Of a DNA stretch of 64,000 nt, positions 58,272-64,000 are shown in pieces. The notes beneath the pieces are model-generated. The model worked only from the letters and a program-made list of their open reading frames with translations, did not search any database and was not told where the DNA came from. Source of the DNA: an uncultured virus (IMG/VR IMGVR_UViG_2821904334_000002) (taxonomy: Duplodnaviria > Heunggongvirae > Uroviricota > Caudoviricetes). The stretch is taken from the IMG/VR virus record IMGVR_UViG_2821904334_000002; one strand, given 5' to 3'. The position numbers and the translations under genes are program-made. The number at the start of each line of letters is the position of its first letter. The first letter of the stretch is position 1.

Positions 58272-58725
58272 GTGAGAAAGCCACCTTATAATAAAACATA
58301 GGGTGGTCTTCTTTTAAACGATAAGGAGGAAAATACTATGTTTTCAAAACGAATGATACTATTCTCGATTCTATCTATGTTAAGTCTAGCAGTCATTATA
58401 GACTATAATAGAGTAGGCGGTAGAAGTTTAATTCACGGATGTTTACTAGCTATCATAGGTTTAGTATTTGTAGTAGTGTTTACAAATAAAGCCAAGAAAG
58501 ACCAATAGAAACAGCTAAGACAGAAGAAAGAGGTCATCTATGAACGAGAGAGGTAAGTTAGCTTGTCTAATAGCAGGGGTATTCGCACTAGGTCATTTAT
58601 TCAGTTATTGGTTAATTGGTAGTCTAAACTTAGTATCTTTTATCCTATCTGTACTAGGAGGGGTAGCAGGGTTTTGGGTACTGGCTAGACTAGAAGGTGT
58701 AATATAAATAATAGGAGGAATAAGA

Positions 58726-58908
58726 ATGAAGAAAACAGAAGTAGTTTCAGCAGTTTGTTTCTTTTTGGTTGTAGTCGTATCAAACTTACTATTAGAAGCC
58801 TTATTTGATAATTTAGAGTTATCTATTGTAATTAGTGTAGCGTTAGGTATCTTAGTATACTACGGTTTTGATATGAAGAACAAAGAAGTAACTACACAAG
58901 ACGGATAG
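58726..58908 (+). CDS. small 2-TM membrane protein
   Basis: SD AGGAGG; hydropathy. Confidence 0.6.
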   Translation: MKKTEVVSAVCFFLVVVVSNLLLEALFDNLELSIVISVALGILVYYGFDMKNKEVTTQDG

Positions 58909-58937
58909 CTTGTGTAACAGGGTAAGGAGGGAAGTTT

Positions 58938-59138
58938 ATGTGGAAGAAAAGCATAGACTATTGGTATCCAATCCTAGCAGGTGGCGTTATGGGTGTTCTT
59001 TTAGGAGATACGTTATTCGAATCTGAACTGATTGGTGCTATGTGGGGTATGGCGATTGGTTTAGCATTTATACCAAGTATCAAACCAAAAAGTAAGAAAA
59101 GGGAAGATGAGGAAGAGGAAGAAAAGAGGATTTTATGA
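58938..59138 (+). CDS. small 2-TM membrane protein
   Basis: SD AAGGAGG; Gly-rich TM helices. Confidence 0.6.
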   Translation: MWKKSIDYWYPILAGGVMGVLLGDTLFESELIGAMWGMAIGLAFIPSIKPKSKKREDEEEEEKRIL

Positions 59139-59503
59139 CAGCAAGACAATACAAAGAAGTAGGAAGAACATTAAGAGTACAGAGAAAGCAACAAGGTTTA
59201 TCCTTAGACTCTGTATCAAAAGAAGTAGGTATCAGTATAAACTACCTTTCTGAGTTAGAGAAGGGAGATAAAGGAAAAGTACCTTCTGATTCTATTCTTC
59301 AACGGTTAGTATCCGTATTAGACTTAAACGAGAAAGAGTTATACATGGGTTTTGGAAAGATTCCCTTATCGGTAGTAGAAGAGTTACAAAGTAATGAGAA
59401 ACTATTAAGTACACTATATGGAGTTATTCATAATCCAAATGTAGTAAAAGAAGACTTCTATAATGATATGCAGAAACTATACTTTCAATACGCAAGCAGT
59501 TAA
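59135..59503 (+). CDS. XRE-family helix-turn-helix transcriptional regulator
   Basis: GRTLRVQRKQQGLSLDSVSKEVGISINYLSELEKG...PS. Confidence 0.88.
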   Translation: MTARQYKEVGRTLRVQRKQQGLSLDSVSKEVGISINYLSELEKGDKGKVPSDSILQRLVSVLDLNEKELYMGFGKIPLSVVEELQSNEKLLSTLYGVIHNPNVVKEDFYNDMQKLYFQYASS

Positions 59504-59537
59504 AGGGGTAGGTCATGAGACTTATCCTTTTTATTTT
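59502..59537 (+). terminator. intrinsic terminator, near-duplicate of 60790..60823
   Basis: AAAGGGGTAGGTC-ATGA-GACTTATCCTTT. Confidence 0.75.
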
Positions 59538-59635
59538 AGACATATCTAGTATTTTTATGAAAAATGTGGTATAATAGGAAGGTAAAACCAATCCAAACCT
59601 ACGCAGTAGTAGGGACATAAACAGGAGGTACTGTT

Positions 59636-60784
59636 ATGAAAACGAAAACAGATGAATTAAACGTGGTAAGTGAATCACAAAAGGATTTGATTGCATGGGA
59701 ACAAGCAACAGAGGATAGTTTTGTTGTAAAAATAAAACCTATAAAATCTAATGAAAACGATAAGTTATGGCGATGGAATAAAAGTAAGTTGGACTACGCA
59801 TTAAGAAGATTAAAAGGTACATCTAGAGACTTAGGTAGTTTTCCATCATTTCCATTATCACCAGTATTAAAAGAAGTAAACTTAGATATAGATAAAATAA
59901 ACCGATATAGAAAAGAAGTAGAAGAGTTTCCTACTTTTACGTTAGAAGCAATGAAACTACTACATAAAAAAGTGTCTAGTCATTCTTACAAAGAAAGACT
60001 GAAACAATCTTTATTAGAAGAAGTTAAGTTTTTATTTACTTTCAAACAAACACCTCATACACCAGAAAACTTATCATTAACGAATGAAGAAGTAATAGAT
60101 TACTTATTTGAGAGTAGTCCTAACGGTATGATTGAAATTAAACAAGGTATTGTAGATGGTGTTTACAGAATATCAAGAGAAGACTACAATAAGTACAAAG
60201 AGTATAAAAAGAAGAAAGACCAATTAATTCATTTAGATAAACTATTTTCTGAATTAAGCTTTAGTATGTTAGAAGAGGTAGACGGTAATGTTTACTTACC
60301 TATAAACTACCATACAAAAGACTTTATAAAGTTAGAGAAAAATCAATCTCTATTAAGACTTACACTAAGTATGATAGACAATAAGAGTAGTTTAACAAGT
60401 GACAGAAAAGATTTAAAAATAAACCATAGACAAGTTACTGGAAACTTAATTAGTAAAAACATGATGTATTTTTCTAAGTCTCCTTTTGTTGATGTAACTG
60501 ATATATCTTTTAACAAAGACAATATAGAATTATCTTTATTATGTGAGTCAGGAAAAGAACAGTCTATTATCAATAAAATGGTAGGAGACGGTTTTGTTAT
60601 CGGTGACTTATATGAGAGTAATTATTTCTTGAGTTTAGATATAGACTATAGTGTAGGGCAAGAAAATGAGTATTCTGAATGGTATTGTTTCCTGTACGGT
60701 AAACGTTATAAATGGTTAAAAGATATATTTATTAATACAGACGAATACTTTATGGGTTATAAACTGTATACATTAGAGAAGTAG
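59636..60784 (+). CDS. family E paralog 1
   Basis: LPINYHTKDFI, LSLLC. Confidence 0.75.
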   Translation: MKTKTDELNVVSESQKDLIAWEQATEDSFVVKIKPIKSNENDKLWRWNKSKLDYALRRLKGTSRDLGSFPSFPLSPVLKEVNLDIDKINRYRKEVEEFPTFTLEAMKLLHKKVSSHSYKERLKQSLLEEVKFLFTFKQTPHTPENLSLTNEEVIDYLFESSPNGMIEIKQGIVDGVYRISREDYNKYKEYKKKKDQLIHLDKLFSELSFSMLEEVDGNVYLPINYHTKDFIKLEKNQSLLRLTLSMIDNKSSLTSDRKDLKINHRQVTGNLISKNMMYFSKSPFVDVTDISFNKDNIELSLLCESGKEQSIINKMVGDGFVIGDLYESNYFLSLDIDYSVGQENEYSEWYCFLYGKRYKWLKDIFINTDEYFMGYKLYTLEK

Positions 60785-60789
60785 TACAA

Positions 60790-60823
60790 AAAGGGGTAGG
60801 TCATGAGACTTACCTCTTTTCTT
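60790..60823 (+). terminator. intrinsic terminator
   Basis: AAAGGGGTAGGTC-ATGA-GACTTACCTCTTT. Confidence 0.75.
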
Positions 60824-60833
60824 TACCCTATAC

Positions 60834-60862
60834 TTGACAAATCAAGAAACTTATGTTATAAT
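60834..60862 (+). promoter_or_regulatory. sigma-A type promoter
   Basis: TTGACA-N17-TATAAT. Confidence 0.85.
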
Positions 60863-60897
60863 AGTATTATAGTAAATGAGAGAAAAATACATAAGGA

Positions 60898-61965
60898 GTG
60901 TTGAAAATGGCAAGTAGAGAGCAGAGTTATGTAATTTTAGTTACGAAAGATACAGACGTAAAGGAATTAGAGAAAAACTTTCCTGATATTAAATCAAACG
61001 CTGATTTATTAGAGGGTACAGTACATTTGCAAAGAAAAGTCGTAGAAGTAAACTGGGAATACTACAATCAATTAATAAAAACGAGTAATGATTATAGAGA
61101 GTCAGAAGAGTTTAAATCAATAGAAAGAGTTTACACAAAACTTTATCATTCTGTAATGAGTAGAATCACGCATATCACATTTGATTTAGATTTAAGAAAA
61201 CTAGGGTATGAAGGATGTACTACAGATTTCAAAGAAGTGTTAAACTTTATTATCAAAGAGAACATGACATTAAGTACTCAAATTCCATTAGAAGGTGGAG
61301 AAACAACAGAACAGGTATTAGTTACCGCAGAACAATTACAAAAGTATCTAACGTATGCAGAAACTTATGGTATTGGCATTACAAGTATGAATTTAATTTC
61401 TGAGTTAAGTGGGTACAAACCAGAAAATAAAGAAAATAGTTCAGAATTAGACTTCACAAATGCACCAAAACGATTAGCATTGCCAATTAATCATGTAACA
61501 AAGAATTATGTTACATTTGAAGAGGATAAGACGTTAATCAGTTTTAAATTAGTTACAAACGGTGAAGTAGAGACATTCTTAAACAGACTCCTAACATTTG
61601 TAGATACAGACTATGGTTTAGAAATTGTAGACTTGCAAAAAGCGTATGAAAAAGTACACGAAAATGATTTTGTTTATTTTAACTTACTTTGCAATGAAAA
61701 AGCAGAGTCAGACGTAATACGTTTGGTATTGAGTTTGATTCGAGAAACAGTTAATTTAAGCCCATTACAAGAAACTACAGCGATATCTATCTTAGTTCAA
61801 AGAGGGATAGACAAGTTAATTACGTCAGAAAGCAAATATTACTTTGTAACTGGTAAAGGCTATACACATGTTTCAAAAGGTGAATACAATAACATGGTAA
61901 ATCAGTACAAAGAACATTTAACGCAAACAAATGCAAGTCTATTCGGATATGCAACATTCATGTAA
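60898..61965 (+). CDS. family E paralog 2
   Basis: LPINHVTKNYV, FNLLC, LFGY. Confidence 0.75.
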   Translation: MLKMASREQSYVILVTKDTDVKELEKNFPDIKSNADLLEGTVHLQRKVVEVNWEYYNQLIKTSNDYRESEEFKSIERVYTKLYHSVMSRITHITFDLDLRKLGYEGCTTDFKEVLNFIIKENMTLSTQIPLEGGETTEQVLVTAEQLQKYLTYAETYGIGITSMNLISELSGYKPENKENSSELDFTNAPKRLALPINHVTKNYVTFEEDKTLISFKLVTNGEVETFLNRLLTFVDTDYGLEIVDLQKAYEKVHENDFVYFNLLCNEKAESDVIRLVLSLIRETVNLSPLQETTAISILVQRGIDKLITSESKYYFVTGKGYTHVSKGEYNNMVNQYKEHLTQTNASLFGYATFM

Positions 61966-61980
61966 GGAGGAAGAAACGAT

Positions 61981-62937
61981 ATGTCAAATGCTATTTTAAT
62001 AGATACACAACATAATACAGAACTTATTTTTCAACTGTCTCAATTATGTAATAAACTGTATCCTTCAAAAGTAGTAGAAAGAAGAGGCACGTTTCCAATT
62101 CGTTCAGACATGAAGATTACCTATACAGAACATGAGAAATTTGAAGCAACTTCTTACTTTTCTAAAGAGGAATACAAAGAATATCAGAAGTATTTAGAAT
62201 TACGTAGTAAAATTCGCACACTTGCTATTTATGATAAGGTAAACCAAGAATTAAAGGTAGACTTGGTTCTTCCAAACCCGTATACCGATGCTTGCATTGA
62301 TTTCATTATTTTAGAACTACTAAAACAAGGTAATGGTGAAAAGTGGGTTTGTCTAGACGATAAAGTGTACGTGTTGAAAGCAGAGTCCGTACACCGTATG
62401 GATAAGTTCATTCGTATAAGAAAGTTACTAGATGAAGGGTATCGAATTATTGAACTTCTAAAACGAGAAAACGGAGTTGGGTATGAAAACATTCCAATCA
62501 ATCGTTTTACACTACCTTTCATAGCAAACAAAAATGTAGAGTTCATGAACGATGTTTTATATAGTTTCACATTCCCAAGGGGTAGTAGAACGGAGTTGTT
62601 CTTACAAAAGTTCTTTACGAAGTTTGATGGGTTTGATAGTTTGAAAGTAACTGATTTCTCAGAGTCAGAAGACTTTATCTTCCTTGATTTGTTATCTTCT
62701 CCTTTACGTGAACGAGAAATTCAATTTCTATTTCAGGATATTATTTATGAAACGGAAGGGAATACAATAGAGGATTATTTTGTAATGGTTCAAACACAAA
62801 AGGTGAATCGAGAAATAACAAATGTAGAAAGTTACTTCTTATTAGAAGGTAATCTAATACATCAGGTAGAAAACATAGAGCCATTCGTTACAGACATGTT
62901 TGGTTTCCCAACTTATGTACTGAAAGACGAATACTAA
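61981..62937 (+). CDS. family E paralog 3
   Basis: IPINRFTLPFI, LDLLS, MFGF. Confidence 0.75.
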   Translation: MSNAILIDTQHNTELIFQLSQLCNKLYPSKVVERRGTFPIRSDMKITYTEHEKFEATSYFSKEEYKEYQKYLELRSKIRTLAIYDKVNQELKVDLVLPNPYTDACIDFIILELLKQGNGEKWVCLDDKVYVLKAESVHRMDKFIRIRKLLDEGYRIIELLKRENGVGYENIPINRFTLPFIANKNVEFMNDVLYSFTFPRGSRTELFLQKFFTKFDGFDSLKVTDFSESEDFIFLDLLSSPLREREIQFLFQDIIYETEGNTIEDYFVMVQTQKVNREITNVESYFLLEGNLIHQVENIEPFVTDMFGFPTYVLKDEY

Positions 62938-63043
62938 GATAAAGAAACAAGTAAATAATTTGAATAACTTCTAGTTTAATATAAGGACTATATGTTGAGA
63001 AGCATAATAGTCTTTTTGTTTACCCTCTTTTAGTAGAACTAAC

Positions 63044-63072
63044 TTGACAAAACAGGTAACTTTTGGTATAAT
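63044..63072 (+). promoter_or_regulatory. sigma-A type promoter
   Basis: TTGACA-N17-TATAAT. Confidence 0.85.
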
Positions 63073-63127
63073 AGAAGAGTAATAAAATTCAATCCACAAG
63101 GTAGTGGAAAATCAGGAGGTACTGAAA

Positions 63128-64000
63128 ATGAATAGTAACACGAATAAACCGAATAAACAATCAATTGAAAGCGAACAGACTGGGTTCTTCATTAAGATGA
63201 ATGATATTGAACCGATGAGGGTGAAAACTGTAACAGAAATGGTATTAGAAAACCATAATGGCAGTGGTCAGTCTTTAACAGGATTCTACCCAGTACGTAA
63301 ACATGTAAGAGTAGACCAATCAAAAGTAGAATTACAGATGAGTGAATTTAGGTCAGAATATAGAACAAAAGACATTGATATGTATACGGAACTAAGAAAA
63401 CAAATACGTAAACATTACAATGATTCTTATTATGATAGTGAAATGTCTTTTAAAGAATTTGAAGAGTATTATTTTAAAGAAAATGATGGTAAACTACCAT
63501 TTGAAAATGAGGATATAAAAGACCATGTAGTAACTAAGGAAGCTTATGATACTTTCTTTATTAAACAAAAACTGAATAAACAAGCTATGGAGTTTGAAAT
63601 GTTACAAGAGTATTTAGATGCATTTAACTATTTACCTGTAAACAAACTTACAAAAAGCTTTATTGACTTCAAGGAAGGGGTATCTTTACTATCTATAAGG
63701 TTAGAAGCATCAGAGTACCAATCACAAACGATTTCAGCAAAAATAATTGCAAACTTACAGACAGGTAGTAGTCACTCATGGAATAATTTCGAAGTAGTAA
63801 ATATAGAGAAAACGAGTAATTCTTTCTATCTAAACTTACTATGTACACGAGAGGAAGAGGGAAACGTATTAGATTACTTAGGGTATGCTCTAAAGAAGTC
63901 AGGAGTATATAAAACATTTAAATGGTTCTTATATAACTTTGATGTAGAAATAGAACGTAATTTAAACAAAGAAAACTACAGTAAAGACTGGTATCACTTC
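63128..64000 (+). CDS. family E paralog 4, 3'-truncated by window edge
   Basis: Read manually, open to window end; SD CAGGAGGT; LPVNKLTKSFI, LNLLC. Confidence 0.75.
   Translation, partial: MNSNTNKPNKQSIESEQTGFFIKMNDIEPMRVKTVTEMVLENHNGSGQSLTGFYPVRKHVRVDQSKVELQMSEFRSEYRTKDIDMYTELRKQIRKHYNDSYYDSEMSFKEFEEYYFKENDGKLPFENEDIKDHVVTKEAYDTFFIKQKLNKQAMEFEMLQEYLDAFNYLPVNKLTKSFIDFKEGVSLLSIRLEASEYQSQTISAKIIANLQTGSSHSWNNFEVVNIEKTSNSFYLNLLCTREEEGNVLDYLGYALKKSGVYKTFKWFLYNFDVEIERNLNKENYSKDWYHF

Noticed and set aside
59547..59575. Full sigma-A promoter before family E paralog 1 (and similarly at 41044..41072)
   Set aside because: TATAAT is present (TG-extended at 59570) but the -35 is poor (TAGTAT, TAGAGT); not listed as features.

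Overview
AT-rich, gene-dense window with every credible gene on the + strand. It has Firmicutes-type Shine-Dalgarno sites and eleven near-consensus sigma-A promoters (TTGACA-N17-TATAAT, all with extended -10 TG). It most plausibly comes from the early/replication region of a large (possibly jumbo) Bacillus-type bacteriophage; this is an inference, and I saw no virion, tRNA, rRNA or CRISPR features. Recognisable genes: type IIA topoisomerase B and A subunits, a DnaB-family helicase plus a truncated paralog, a stand-alone CHC2 primase zinc finger, a RuvC-like resolvase, a divergent NAD-dependent ligase-like protein, a MazG-like pyrophosphatase, a dimeric dUTPase, a lipoprotein non-specific endonuclease, a lipoprotein M15B carboxypeptidase, an XRE regulator and an acidic-tract/ParB/HNH fusion. 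Most of the rest is tandem arrays of diverged paralogs. Main unexplained signals: (1) a strand-polarised 7-mer GGGGTAG, 58 copies by manual count, over half inside genes; (2) five adjacent genes built from 20 Psq/Hin-like HTH modules with variable recognition helices, which may be the readers of that motif; (3) nine ~210-aa paralogs behind a second, ECF-sigma-like promoter class (TAACTT-N16-TCT); (4) a densely base-paired ~290-nt intergenic RNA candidate; (5) several apparently inactivated enzyme paralogs. All family calls come from motif recognition by eye, not database searches.
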